64,000 nucleotides of DNA from NCBI GenBank assembly GCA_028534125.1, contig CM052817.1:7194001-7258000 (forward strand), given 5' to 3'. Shown here piece after piece: positions 11,410 to 23,599 of this stretch (positions within the stretch are counted from its first letter, which is position 1; the number at the start of each line of letters is the position of its first letter). The position numbers and the translations under genes are program-made. The DNA is from Lama glama (lineage: Eukaryota). The notes beneath the pieces were generated by a model. It saw nothing but the letters and a program-made list of their open reading frames with translations. It was not told the origin of the DNA and did not search any database.

Positions 11410-12397
11410 TGTATGATAATTTTCCTAGGGCTGCGGTAACAAAGAACCACACACTGCATGGCTTAAACAACAGAAACTGGTAGTCTCAGAGCTGCGGAGG
11501 CTGGAAGTCTGAGATCAAGGTGTCAGCAAGGCTGTGCTCTTATTACCAGGTCCAGATTCGGTCTGCTCACTGCATGACAGGCCAATACGTTGGGAGACAA
11601 GATGTTGGGACAAGGAATACCAACTTTATTCAGAAAGCCAGCAGATCAAGAAGATGGGGGACTAATGTCCTGGAGAACCATCTTCTCCAAAGTCAGAATT
11701 CAGGCTCCTTTTATACTAAAAAGGGAAGGGGGCGTGATTGGTTGTTGCCAACTTCTTGGTGTTGGAATTCATTGTTCTCACAGCTGTCCACGTAGGTCAG
11801 GTCATGGTGTCTCCGTAAACCTCTAATGAAACAAATGCGATTTTCTGATCTGCAGCTTTCTATGAACGGAAAAGTGTGAATACGCTTAGAAGTCAGAGCC
11901 TTGAGAAGGGACTCTCCTGTGTATTTCAGGCTCTGGGCAAGATTCTTTTGCAAAAGGTGCAGAACCAGCACGACCGAGCCCAGGAAACCGAGCACAGGGT
12001 TAGAGCCAGGGGAACAGAGCTAACATGGAGTCAGATTGGTTTTTTTCTATTATACTGTCTCTGAAGGTGCCAGAGAAGGATCTGATCCAGGCCTCTGTCC
12101 TATTTTCTGCTGGTTTGTTAGCAGCAACCTTTGGGGTTCTTTAGCTTGATGCATTCCCTTGTTTCCTGCATGTGTGTGTGTGTATGTGCATGCACATGCA
12201 CACGTGTGTAAATTTCCGCTTTTTCTAAGGACACCAGTCACATTAGATAAAAGGCCCACCCTGCTCCAGTATGACCTCATCTTATCTAATTACATTTGCA
12301 GTCACCCTGTTTCCAAATAAGGCCGCATTCTGAGGTCCTGAGGGTTGGCCCTTCGACATATGAATTTTTGTTTGAGTACACAATTCAACCCATGACA
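11410..12397 (-). mobile_element. MLT1C-like LTR split by a nested ERV LTR
   Basis: tcctagggctgcggtaacaaagaaccac...tcaaggtgtcagcaaggc, resuming at tctctgaaggtgcc...cacaattcaacccatgaca. Confidence 0.85.
11541..12054 (-). mobile_element. ERV1-class solo LTR
   Basis: Degenerate TG...CA ends (tattacc...tattata), flanks ctct/ctgt. On the minus strand: CCAAT, GC-rich box, TATAAAA and AATAAA in LTR order. Confidence 0.75.
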
Positions 12398-12573
12398 TAA
12401 TGTGTTTCATAAACAAAACCACAAGACGATTAGACAGTGAAGAAGGAAAGTCCAAAAATGCATTTTCTTTTAGAGAAAGGAAAAATAATAGAAGACAAGA
12501 TGAAGGGAAGTAGGAAGGAAGGAAGAAAAAAGGAGAGAGGAATCAAGGGATTCAAGATAGATTTTTTTTTTAG

Positions 12574-12813
12574 TTTATTTTAATAATTGAGAAACTCAGC
12601 ATAAGGATGGATGTGATGGGTCATAACCACGGTGTGATGAGTCACAATCCCCTGTGAGATATAAAGAGGGGAGGCAAACTCAAATGTCCAATGCTGGTCC
12701 AGATCCCATCTCCTTATTCCATCAACATTACTACTAGGCATCTGAGACCAAAGACGGGCAAAGCTTGAGTGATGCAAAAATACAAAACAATGAAATACAT
12801 GCATTTAGGAGAA
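12574..12813 (+). pseudogene. Decayed exon: sushi C-terminus plus C-type lectin N-terminus
   Basis: Acceptor (t)nag|, donor GAA|gtgagt. Reads KDGCDGS*PRC (sushi W-x-G-x2-P-x-C), then NAGPDPISLFHQHYY*ASETKDGQS (CTLD CP...F...CY...W after single-base changes). Confidence 0.55.
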
Positions 12814-14004
12814 GTGAGTTGGAAGCAAGCTCTGGTCACAGCCCCACTGGGGTGGGAATAAAAGAGAACGAGACTAGGAAGCAGCAATCATTAAAGGGCT
12901 TTCTGCAACAGCCGATTTACAGAAATACTTCTTGTCTCTGTTTCACCTTCCCCCTCTCCTGCCCGCTCACTCCTACCTTCTTTCTTTTATTAAAAGGTTT
13001 TCTTCCCTTGCCTGGTACCACGCCGGCGATAAACAGCACAAAGCTCAGTCCTCACGGAGCCGACCAGTGCCGCGATTATTTCCCCCACTTCACAGGAGAG
13101 AAACTGAGGGTTGGAAAGTGTAGGCAACACCTCAACGTCTTGCTTCTGAAAGACACAGGATGTGGGTTTCGTAACGTTGTTGCTCTTCCAAAGACCCGAC
13201 CTCAGCCCCTCTCCTGGAGAGAGAGCAGAGCTCAAAGCAGGAAGTTTAGTAGAGAGATGGCCTAGGGTGTAGGTTTCGGTGTGCAGGCAAGGGACAAAGT
13301 TACCCCTAAGTGGTTCTTTATATTCTTCCTCTTTGTGTTTCAACTGCAGAAAGAGCATCTTTGGTTCGAGGGAGGTCAGGATACCAGAGCGGTTTTCTGA
13401 GGGGAAGAATGTGAAGCTGGGTGTCTAGGATTTGTTCCAGGTTTAAGAAAGAAGATAAATGAGGATTTTGTTTTTCTTTCCTGATAGTCAGGGAAGCAGG
13501 AACTTCATGCATTTGACTTTCAAAAGGACTGGACAGATATAGTGCCAACTGTGGGGAGGTTGGGAATGGAAATAAGGTAGATCAGAGTAATCTGTAATTT
13601 TTAAAATATATGTTTTTAGATAATTGTATACAGAACATGATGGTACATGGATATAAAATAATAAGAAATTCCTATATACTTGCTACTATTTTTATACCAC
13701 AATGACTGTCTTATGAATTGAAATGGTGAATAAAGATGGAATCTAGAACTGATGACTGTAAAAAACAAAGTGGTATCTATGTGTGTACATATCCATGTAT
13801 ATATACATATGTATACATGTATGCATGTGTATGTGTGTATATGTGTTTACATAAAATTCTGCCACCAAGTGTCCCTTGGAAGTCTGGGTCCTTAGCAAAT
13901 TTCCATTGGATAGTTCTGAATCTCCTTTTTTTTATCTCGGCTAACTGTGGATTTACTCACTTTCTAAGGAAACTTGAATTAGTGTCTATAGCTGTTGCCC
14001 ACAG

Positions 14005-14085
14005 GGTCACCACACTGCTTAGGAGTGTGAATGCTGCTCTAGAGGAAGACGTCAAGGATGCTGCTGTCTGGATTTAGGATAACGT
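14005..14085 (+). pseudogene. Candidate C-type lectin middle exon
   Basis: Acceptor gttgcccacag|; reads VTTLLRSVNAALEEDVKDAAVWI*DN (WIG-like motif). Its phase-2 start matches the Cys frame ending the previous exon. Confidence 0.4.
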
Positions 14086-14519
14086 AACTCCAACATGCTT
14101 TAGACAGAACACAGTCCAAGAGCCCTGCTGATCTGGAAGGCTGACCACCTGTCTCTTTGATGCATTAGGCTCCCCATGTCTTTGCTCTTCTAGAATTACT
14201 TTATCTTCTATCGCATTTCACCTCCCACCACCAAGATGAGATGCAGGAGCAGAGGAAGGGGATGGGCCAGAGGACAATGTGCGTAGAACATGCTCAGAGT
14301 CACCCCACCCCTCTGATTCTCCCTCATTGCGCTTGAACTATGTTCAGCCTCTGGTCCGTCAGGATGAGTTCTTACTGGGGAAAGTTATTTTGTTTGTTGT
14401 CTTTTTGCTTTCAGTGGCTCTCCAGGATGGTTCTAGACTATCTGAAAACTAAATTTAGATCCAAACTGAAAGAGAGAAGACAGAAAGAGAGAGCACTGTA
14501 TAATTTGAGGAAAGAGCAG

Positions 14520-14690
14520 GTGTCTTAAAGTCAGACTGACATGGGATCACATCCTGGTCCATCTGTTTGTTAACTGTGTTAACTGTTTTAAAATAAAGAA
14601 AGTATCAAACAGGGTACCTGTGCAATAAAAAATGTGACCATGTATGTTAGGAACCAGGAACATGGATAGATCAGTCAATAATTTTTAATA
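14520..14690 (+). mobile_element. MIR fragment
   Basis: agtcagactgacatgggatcacatcctggtcc...tagatcagtcaataa. Confidence 0.55.
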
Positions 14691-15855
14691 CAATGCTTTT
14701 TTTATTATTTAGCCAAATTAATTGGCTTTATGTTGTATTCTTGAAGTTATACATGTTGGCATTTACCAGTGTTGGTTTATAATTTAACTTCATCTGGTGG
14801 AAAGGTGTCAAGGAGGAGAGGTGAGTGTGATAGAAACTGCAGGACAAATGGGAACCTCAAGGAAAATTTATTTTACTATCATGAACACGATGAGGATGAT
14901 TCTCAATCAATATGCCAATTTTAATATAAAAGGGAATGTGCTTGTAAAGAAATTCAATCTCACCTTTTACTAAAATAAGAAGTTAAAAAATAAATGAGCA
15001 CTCACTACTTGGGTTAAAAAAAAGCCTTCACCCAAGGGCATGACACGTATATAAAAACTTATGATAGTTTATGGATAACATTTTCCATGAACAAATCCTT
15101 TTATGCTCTGCAAATGCCCTTTGAGGCAGGTACATCTATACTGGATGTAGCTCTACTGCATATAAAACTATAAAATACAATCGAGAAATGTAAAGCTCGG
15201 TCAATTTAAAGAATTGGACCAAAGTCAACCAGGTAGTAAATTAAGGAAAGCACACAGGTCCCTTGGGGTCATGCTTCTGTATTTGTAATACTACCTTAGT
15301 AACCCTTATTGAGCAGGTGTGATACTGAAATGTTACATCAGTTACACTGGACCGTTTAGACCATGAAGATATGGACTGTATCTGATTTGCTCACCATTTC
15401 ATCCCCACCTCTAAGCACAATGCCAGGTGTATAAGTGCTTAATAAATATTGATTGAATTGATGAAATAACAAGATTGTTACTCGGTCAGCTTGTTGGGGG
15501 CACGAGTTATACTTCAGAAGCTATCAAAATTGCCTGTAAGTGTGAGCACATTAGGAACACTGACTCTCAGGAGGCAGCAGTTTGAGAGCAGGTCATTTTG
15601 AACTTCAGCAGGGGGTAATTATGTGTGTGTGTGTGCCTGTGCAAAAGGAAGGGGCAGCGGTACTGAGAAATTAGGATGAGGGTCTAGGGATCATAGAACA
15701 CAGCACAAAAGACAACTTGAATATAAATAAAATATCCTTACTATAATCTAACCTTTAAGTTAGGTTGGGAATTGTGCTCTACCAGATATCTTGCATATGT
15801 TTGGGATCAGGTTAACACTAGGGCAAAGGTACAGGACGTTTAGTGATCCTTTAGC

Positions 15856-16063
15856 CAAGGGGTCAGTGAACTATGTCCCATGAATGAAAGTGGCCCACCT
15901 CTTGTTTTTGTAAATAAGGTTTTACTGGAACACAGCCACGTGCATTCCGTTAAATATTGTCTGTGAGTGTTTTCACCTGAAATGGTGAACTGAGTAGTTG
16001 CAGCAGAGAATGTATGGCCCACAAAGCCTAAAATATTTGCATCAAAATGTTTGTGGACACCTG
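15856..16063 (+). mobile_element. MER58A (hAT-Charlie MITE)
   Basis: gtttttgtaaataaggttttactggaacacagccac...tatggcccacaaagcctaaaatattt; TIR-like ends. Confidence 0.9.
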
Positions 16064-17124
16064 AGCTAGTCCACACCCCTCATTTAGCCAATCCTGAGCC
16101 TGGGCCCCTGATGGATGGGTGGCAGGGCCTGCTCAACGTGACAGTCTTAGAGGCAGGCTGGACCAGAACCTGAGTCCCTTCACTGCCACCTTCCTTTGCC
16201 ACAATGCATCCCATCAGCCTATTCTAAAGAGTGACGCCGCTTCACAGTTACTTTCACTTTGCTATAAAATACAGTAAAATCCACTTACTTTATTCCGTGT
16301 GTCTATGCTTTTATTACCTATGCCAAGCCCAGCATCTTCCAGCTGCTTTGCAACATCTGCCACACGAGAGCACCTAGGACCAGCGATCCCTCCAGGGGAA
16401 GCCGCAGCACCGTTAACTGGGCATACGGAAGCTGAGGTGAGAATTGGCACAAAGCTGCACAAAATTTCACAGAAAATTGATCTGAGAAAAATGAGGCTTC
16501 AGCAATAACTCAAAGGCCGATTGTATTCAGATGCCAGCTGGATGTTCTCCTTCAGTGGGTCTTCCATAAGCATGAACAGCAGACACACACTGCTCAGTGC
16601 TGCGCCCCAGAGAATGGGAGGGGATGAGCCTGGATCCCCCCTCACAGTAGAAGATATGGTAGCGACTTCAGCAGTGGTAAGGACACCACCAGCATGCCCC
16701 TGGGGGTGTCCGAGTCACCTTTCCCTTGCGGGGTGGACAGCAGGAATCAGCAGAGCCAAAAAAGTCAAATGAGGCCAGAATGATAGAACACTTACTGAAG
16801 CTCTGTGCGAAATGTGCAAATCATGGAAATAGGCAGAACTACAAACAAAGTTGGAAGGATTCCAAAAAGCCAAGAAAGGAAGCAGGTTACCCTAAAAGTG
16901 GAAGAGAATCAAGGAAAACAATTAAATATCGATAAAAGGAATTAGTATCCAAGAGCTGGTGTCAGTGGTTGGAGGGGAGAGAAGGAATTAAAGGAGTGTG
17001 GTCCTGGTCACCATGGCGGGTTCACACACCTGCCCCGGCAGTGTTCGCACTGGTCAGCTGCACCTGAAGGGCCAGGGGAGGGCCAGCCAAGCAGATGAAA
17101 GTAAGGAAACGCTGCTTACTCCAG

Positions 17125-17322
17125 AGGATGTCCGGAGTTTCTCACTAGTTAACAAATTAGTGCATCACTTTGTAACTGAATGCTTCCGGTACATTGTGAC
17201 ACATGTGTGTGGAGATCTGAGACTTTTTGACCATCCAGTCTTGCTTTCACTGGAGAACTGAACTTTTTCCCAATCCGTATCAACATGCTATGGATATGAT
17301 CCCAGAGTGGCCACTGATCCAG
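17125..17322 (+). pseudogene. Decayed C-type lectin C-terminal exon
   Basis: Reads TN*CITL*LNASG, then after a frameshift WRSETF*PSSLAFTGE (C..l....W...C.....F.CE pattern); donor CAG|gttagc. Confidence 0.5.
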
Positions 17323-18286
17323 GTTAGCTGTAATAGTCAGGGTGATTAGCTCAAACATCTGCATGCACTCTTTCTAATGTAGTAAGAAGATGAATTTCTT
17401 ATTATTAGGTGTCACAGAGTCATTCATTTATATGGAAGAATGGTCAGAGATGAAGTCTGAAGACACTGACTAAACGACTCTGAATCCTGTCATGCCAAAA
17501 GCTGTCCATCCATGGCTGCATTCTGAATGGCACCTGCGGCCCCCACCCCTGTTGCTCTATTCTGAATTAATGTCACATGGGTGAAACTGATAGGTTGAAT
17601 GTAGCACACATGCCTCATCCTTGGATGCAAGGGAAGCTGGACAAGGGCATTCCAGGGTAATATCTGGAACCCTCAAAGAAACGGGGTATCTGTAAGACAC
17701 GGTGATCATTCACTGCCCTGTCCAATAAGAGGACCCCATCTCTCCAAACCTAATGTTTGATGAAACATATGGGTTAGACAGGGTACATGAGACTTGAGGA
17801 AGTAGTGTAGATGTTGAAAGATAATGGTTCACTCTTTTTAAATCAGGAATGATAAGTACCATGTGCAGTTGGACCTGCAGACTGCGTCACTGACACGTGG
17901 CAGGGATATGAAAGGATGGGGCTCAGAGGGAAGTAGAGGTGAGAGGTATGGTAAAGGACGGGGACGTGACTGCATCACAAACACCTGGATCCACTTGTGC
18001 CTGAAGCCACATAATCCCTGGAGTTTACAGTTTCCTGAACCGGCATCCTCACGTTCTCACGTGAACTAGCTGTTCATAAACAGCGTAATACAGTATCTAG
18101 TCTCTACATGGGTGAGATCACAGATGTGCTTGCTGAGTAAACTCCTAGGCTAAGGGGAACCTAGATAAGCATGCACTCTTTTCAGGAATGGAAAGCGAAC
18201 TGTGTCAGTGCACCTCTTACAGGTGAATGCTTCAAAGAGAAGATCAACAAGATACACAAGATTTTCATGTTTGTCCTTCCTAACAG

Positions 18287-18480
18287 ACGCTACAGCACCT
18301 TCTTCCTGCCAATGACTCAGGAGCTTTGATCTTGATGGGTCAGAACCCTCTGCCTGGGACGTGTTTTCTAGCGAGTGTTGCTATTAGACACACGTGCACA
18401 CCCCCTGGGCATGTGATGGTTTTCTCCCTCTGTGTCCGCAAGACACACTGGACCTAGTAAGACCGGGGCTCCTGTAAGCC
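18287..18480 (+). pseudogene. Decayed sushi/CCP exon
   Basis: Acceptor ttgtccttcctaacag|. One frame reads ...QNPLPGTCFLASVAIRHTCTPPGHVMVFSLCVRKTHWT**DRGSCK, i.e. C-x11-C-x5-W-x7-C sushi spacing with PG after the domain's second Cys (HTC). Confidence 0.55.
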
Positions 18481-18759
18481 AGACCGCAGTGCACCTATGC
18501 GGGCTGTCTGGATCTTTCTCACTTTCTTCTGGCTGCACTCTGGTGCTGTCATATCCTCCATCCCACTGCTTTGTAACTAATTAGGCTAATGTTGCCTTTT
18601 GTGCTTAAGAAGAGAGAGAGGAGATACAGGGAGGTTTGCAACTTAAGGCCCGCCCTCCAGCCCAGTTCATCAGAGAACTCCCCTCTGGACCCCCTGAGGC
18701 GAAAGCTCTGCTAAATAGAAATACAATTTGCTTTTGTTTTCCTCTCCTTCCTTTGTGAG

Positions 18760-19171
18760 TGTTGTCAAAGTGAACCAGATCCAGTTAAAGAAGTTGAAGG
18801 AGTGAGGCAAGTTTTATTTAGGGCTGTTGCAAAGGGACAAAGAGCACCCTCCACCCACAGTACAGAACTGAGCTCCATATCAAAGAGAACAGAGACAGGG
18901 AGAATTTGTAGCCAAGTAGCAGGGAGGGGCCAATGAATGGAAAGTTACTATTAGGAGACGCAAGTCTGGGGAGATTCTGGCTAAACGGACCTAACGGGAG
19001 TCCTGCTGAAGGCAGGCCAGGGTGAGCAGGCACCAAGAGCAGGGGATACCTGCTAAACTGATGTAGCTAGCGTTCTTGCCCAAACCGGATTTTACAAGAA
19101 CTTGCGCAGGGGGGCCTAGGAGAAGGTACAGGAGCTTGACTAAAATTTGATCAAGCAAAGAATCTTTGTCA
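18760..19171 (-). mobile_element. MER31-like ERV1 solo LTR
   Basis: Minus strand starts TGACAAAGATTCTTTGCTTGATCAAATTTTAGTCAAGCTCC, like MER31; AATAAA near the distal end; TG...CA ends. Confidence 0.8.
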
Positions 19172-19327
19172 GTGTTTTCCTCAGAAGCTAATGAAAGAGC
19201 AGTGCCATGCTGACCAAGCAGAGTTTGGGGAATCCTCAATCCCTTCCTCATAAAAGCACGTTCACAGAGGGGGCTGTAGTCACCATCCATAGTGACCTGT
19301 AGTGAAAGCAGCCCATAGTGAACACAA

Positions 19328-19412
19328 GTGTGTGCATGTATGACTGAAACATCACGCTGTACACCAGAAACTGACACAATACTGCACACCAACTGTACTT
19401 CAATTTTAAAAA
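19328..19412 (+). mobile_element. Short lineage-specific L1 3' end
   Basis: catgtatgactgaaacatcacgctgtacaccagaaactgacac...acttcaattttaaaa. Confidence 0.8.
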
Positions 19413-19439
19413 GTGTGTTTATAACCTCGAAATGCAGAA

Positions 19440-19690
19440 ATGACTGACAATTGTGCTCTAGACACTGCAAGACAGTATTACCCAATTTAATCCTCCTGAA
19501 AACTCTGTTAGGTCGATTGTTATTATTTCAAATCTACAACAGAGGAAGTAAGTACAGCAGAAAGATTCTGACTTACAGAGGAAATGCAGGAAGAGTGCAA
19601 GTAAGAGCGACTCCACACCTAAATGCCAGAGAACATGTAAGTGGGAGCACCTTGGGTTTGAAATCAGGTTTGTCTGAATCAAAGCCCGTA
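19440..19690 (-). mobile_element. MIR fragment
   Basis: atttaatcctcctgaaaactctgttagg...acagaggaa...gggtttgaaatcaggtttgtctga. Confidence 0.65.
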
Positions 19691-19935
19691 TTTGCTGCCT
19701 CACACCTGGTGCCTGGGCTACGACTCGGATGCAAAGTGAATTAGTTTTAGCAGAAGGGAAAGGCTGAAAGTTCTCTGTTGAGTCTGGAAGCAGATAAACG
19801 TATATGAAGACCAACCCTGGCAAAAGTAAATATGAGGCTACTGAGTGTAGGAAAGATTAACTAGACCGATGTCACTCTCGGAGTCGGGGAGAGGACCTTC
19901 CCATCTTCTCATGCTTCCATGTCCCCCTAACCCAG

Positions 19936-20059
19936 GAGAAAAACAGGGGCAAACCACCACTGGTCTATTCCCCTGCTTTATTCTATGGTGGAAAGATGCA
20001 TCAAGCTGGAGAGATGATACATTTGAAAAAAGAACAGAGAATGTACAGTAACATTTCCT
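19936..20059 (+). pseudogene. Candidate second C-type lectin C-terminal exon, abutting an MLT2 LTR
   Basis: Acceptor tccccctaacccag|, phase 1. Reads GEKQGQTTTGLFPCFILWWKDASSWRDDTFEKR (C..L....W.D..C with TGT>TTT). Confidence 0.45.
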
Positions 20060-20474
20060 TCTACTCAGCAATCTCCAGAGGCAGAGAACCCGTAGGCTGT
20101 GTCTATGGAGAGAAGACATTTGTTTTAAGGAACTGGCTCATGTGCTGTGGAGGCTTGGTGGGTCCAAAATCTGATAGGGGAGGCTAGCAGACTGCAGACT
20201 CAGGAAGGAATTGCAGTTCAACTTCAAAGGCAGTCTGCTGGCAGAATGCTTCCTGTTTGCTTAGAGAAGGTCAACCTTTTTGATCTCCTAAAATCTTCAA
20301 CTGATTGGATGAGGTCCATCCATGTTAGGGGGAGCAATCTGTTTTACCCAAAATTCACTAATTTTGTTATAAGTCTCATCCAAAAACACTCTCATAGAAA
20401 TATCAGAATAATGTTTGACCAAATATCTGGGCACGAGGACCCAGTCAAGTACACATGTAGAATTACCCATCACA
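20060..20474 (-). mobile_element. MLT2 (MLT2C/D-like, ERVL) solo LTR
   Basis: cttcaactgattggatgaggtcc...gaataatgtttgaccaaatatctgggcac...catcaca. Confidence 0.9.
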
Positions 20475-21539
20475 CCACTTTCCCCTCCTTTTTAAAGGCA
20501 GGTTTTCAAGCACGTGGGTTCTGGTTTTCCCAGCACTGCCAGGGACTGGGTGGGTAAACTTAAGTCACAGATAGAGGGTGTATTGAAAGTCCTTTGGCAG
20601 CAGATCTAAGACCATGTCCCCATCAGTTTGGTAATAATAAAGATAATATTTTTACCTCTTTTTTCTGATTCCTCATAAATGGGTCCTAAATTTAGTAGAA
20701 GAACATAGGATGATATTATAAATGGGTGCAAGGACTCTGAATCTTAGAAATTAAAGACAAAACTTAAGCACATGAAATTCAGACAGCTTGAGGTTTTTTG
20801 GCTCAGCCAGAAGGAGATGCTTTTCAATAAATCTAAGATTTAGTAAGCTCAGATCCCTGAAGCCTTTCTGGGTGTGGATCATAGCTACCCCTAGTTTCTG
20901 TTGCTGGCAGACGTGAAGATATTTTTAAAGAGGTGAGGTCCTGGGTGATGCCCCCTTGGCTCTTAATGAGCACATCCCTGGGGCATTGGTAGCTAAAATT
21001 GACTTGACTTACATAGTGTGGCTGTGTTGGGAAGCAGGTAAGAGGGAAAAGATTGGGGCCCGGTCAAGATTCCTCAGTGAATGTTTTAAGCATCAGTAGA
21101 TGAGATGATTTTTGCTTTCAGCCCGAATTTTCTTGTTTGCTTGTTTTTTTGTTTGTTTGTTTTCCTTGCAAGAGCCTAAGGCAGTGACTTAACATCACCA
21201 TTGCAGTTAGGTTCAACATCCGCTCAAGAGCATAAAGTCCAGCCTTTGAATTCATAGAAAGTCAAGGCACATGCACTGAATAATGACTTCAGGTTGTAAA
21301 GAAGCGGCCTCATGAATGAAAGGCTGGTAGATTTCACTAATGAATAAATAAAAAGGGAACAGGTCTTCACTATATAGGTAAATTTGGAGAGGAACTCCAT
21401 GAAACAAATAGCAACTCAAGAGTTAAGAAAAACAAAACAAAAAGGCCTGTGCCTGTAACATCCGCTCCATCTCTAGAAATTGAATTTTCTTGGAAATAAA
21501 TTGATTTAAAAATTATGTTTCTGTCTTTTCTCCCAATAG

Positions 21540-22582
21540 GAGCAGTGGAGAATGACAGACGCTTTATTGAAGGCAATGTGCTTGGGTAGGCAGAGGGGCC
21601 GTTCCGTCAGGCAGAGTTTGAATTAGAGTCCAGACTGGACAAATAGGAAAAGGGGAAGAGGGTTCACTTGGGTTGATGCCCTAGTAGGGAGGTTAGGAAA
21701 GACGTGGGCATCTTTGTTGATACTAGATCAGAGAGGATGTCTCTACCCCCCCGGTCATACATAACAAGAAGGCTTTGCTCCAGAGAGCAGAGTGCACCGA
21801 CCCCCAGAGGGAAGCCAGACACAGGGCGCATCTAAAGCATGTAAGAGCTGTGTCACCATGAAAGGGAAACCGTCCATAATAGATCAGAACAGCCATGTGA
21901 AGTGATGGAGACAGCTGGTACCGATTTGAGAAGGAAAGATCAGGAAGGACACTGGCTGCCCAAAGCCACGTAGGGACGTTAGAAGCAGCTCGGCGGCGGT
22001 TGTCAGGAGCGCAGTTATCCCACTGCCCTCAGCAGGCGGAAAAGGGGATGGAGGCCACGAGGAAGGCGCAGGGCTCACGCGCCTTTCCAAGGGGACCGAG
22101 CAGAGCAAGAATGAATCAAGAACAGGGCTGTTTCCAACATTGGTTTGAGAAGAAAATGCCACCAGGGTGAGGTTACCCTACTCAGGAAGGAGAAAGAGGA
22201 TGGGATTGTTTCGGATGATGGAAGATTTTAGTCAGACCCACAAGTCATCGAAGTCACACCTCTCCTAATGCCGACAACCTACAGAGGATGCTACGAAGAC
22301 AGCTACCTAGACCTCAAAAGAAGGAGATACGGAAGGAAAGATGGTGGTCGGATCCAGTAAAGCGCGCTAGCACAACAGAGAAGGGAAGGAGCCGACAGAA
22401 AATATGCAGTGCAGTAAACTACTGAGTCTTCCTTAGAAGAGAATGTGGAAGAGAAACTTAGACGGAAATAGGACATGAAGGTCCTGTCTTCTGCTGCTGC
22501 AAAAGCTGTAGCAGGAATGCTACTTGGCCTGAAATGCTCAAGCACGGGAGGGACACAGGGCCTTGAGGCGGTCACAGCAGAG
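21540..22582 (+). pseudogene. Large decayed exon (low-complexity E/G/K/S/T spacer)
   Basis: Strong acceptor tttctgtcttttctcccaatag|, phase 1 (GAVENDRRFIEG...). About 1 kb of non-repeat, GC-elevated, A/G-skewed DNA with coding-like peptides broken by stops and frameshifts; possible donor GAG|gtgcgg. Confidence 0.55.
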
Positions 22583-22695
22583 GTGCGGCCCCTCACCCGG
22601 CAGGCGAGAAAGTGCCTGAAACTAATAGCTCGCCCAGTGCCTAAGGGTGCCGGCTCCGTAACCATCTCCAGGAGCTTTTGTTTTGGCTCCTGCAG

Positions 22696-22944
22696 GGAGT
22701 GATCCTTCAAGAATAACCAATATGGTGACAAGGACAAAATTGTCCCTAGCAGACAGTTTCCCATACTCTGCAGAGATTCCGTGGCAAAGACTGGGCAAGG
22801 GGGCACTGTGGGATGAGGCTAAAAGTGGCCGCTTTGAGATGGAGGTTGAGCCGCTGAGAAGCCCACACTCAGCCGCAGAGCCAGCACTGGAAGTCCAGGG
22901 CTCCAAGGGGAATGAACTTGGGAAGCTTTAAAAGTGAAGGGAAG
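22696..22944 (+). pseudogene. 249-bp symmetric phase 1-1 exon with two late stops
   Basis: ttttgttttggctcctgcag| ... AAG|gtgaga; open for 78 codons (GSDPSRITN...GNELGKL*K*RE). Confidence 0.6.
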
Positions 22945-23599
22945 GTGAGACAATGTGGTGGCTGGGGAAGCCACCTCTGCGAGGAGGCGGGGACTCCCTG
23001 GTGTCGCTCTCAGAGTAGGCATAGGCTGTCACTAACACTCCTCTCGATGGGAGATTTTCCTCAGCAGTTTAAGTTCACAGCTTTTAGCTCCTGGATGCTT
23101 GGCACAGACTAGTTGGTGTCCTGGTGAGACAGAAGCAATATTTTTTCTACCTTTGCAGTCTCTCAAATATTGACAATGAACCCCTTGACCGGTACCAGTA
23201 TGGCAGCTCTGCATTGCATCAAGTACTGGTTTTTGGGACTTAATTGTACTTGGAAAAACTGCTCTGAGGGTCTAAGAATTCTTCTTTTTTAGACTAGATG
23301 CAGGTAGTTTTCACTTCATGTCACTCTACCTTTATAGTCCAGGGAGGGCTTTTGTTTTGTTTGTTTTGTGTCTATACTTCCCTCTTTATCTCCAGTCCCA
23401 CCTCTTATTTCTCTCCTCTCCCAGGCATCCACTCATCCAAGAAAATGCATTTGGTATCTCTTTCCACTTCTGCATTGTCTTTTCTTTATATGTGGAGAAG
23501 TGAGGTTTGCCTTGGTTAATTTATTTAAAATGTCACCCCATCCCCAATATATTTTCTGACTTTTCCCCAGCTTTATATCTTTTCTTTCTTGTCATAGGT

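Noticed and set aside
12638..12665. AP-1 (TGAGTCA) plus TATAAA as a promoter
   Set aside because: Lies inside the inferred sushi/CTLD exon, and these short motifs occur often by chance.
16290..16450. TVNWAYG CTLD-like peptide with a gtgaga donor
   Set aside because: Better explained as a MIR core (ggaagctgagg resembles ggaaactgagg).
22268..22315. YRGCYED WSC-domain-like start
   Set aside because: No downstream WSC Cys pattern; it sits in low-complexity spacer sequence.
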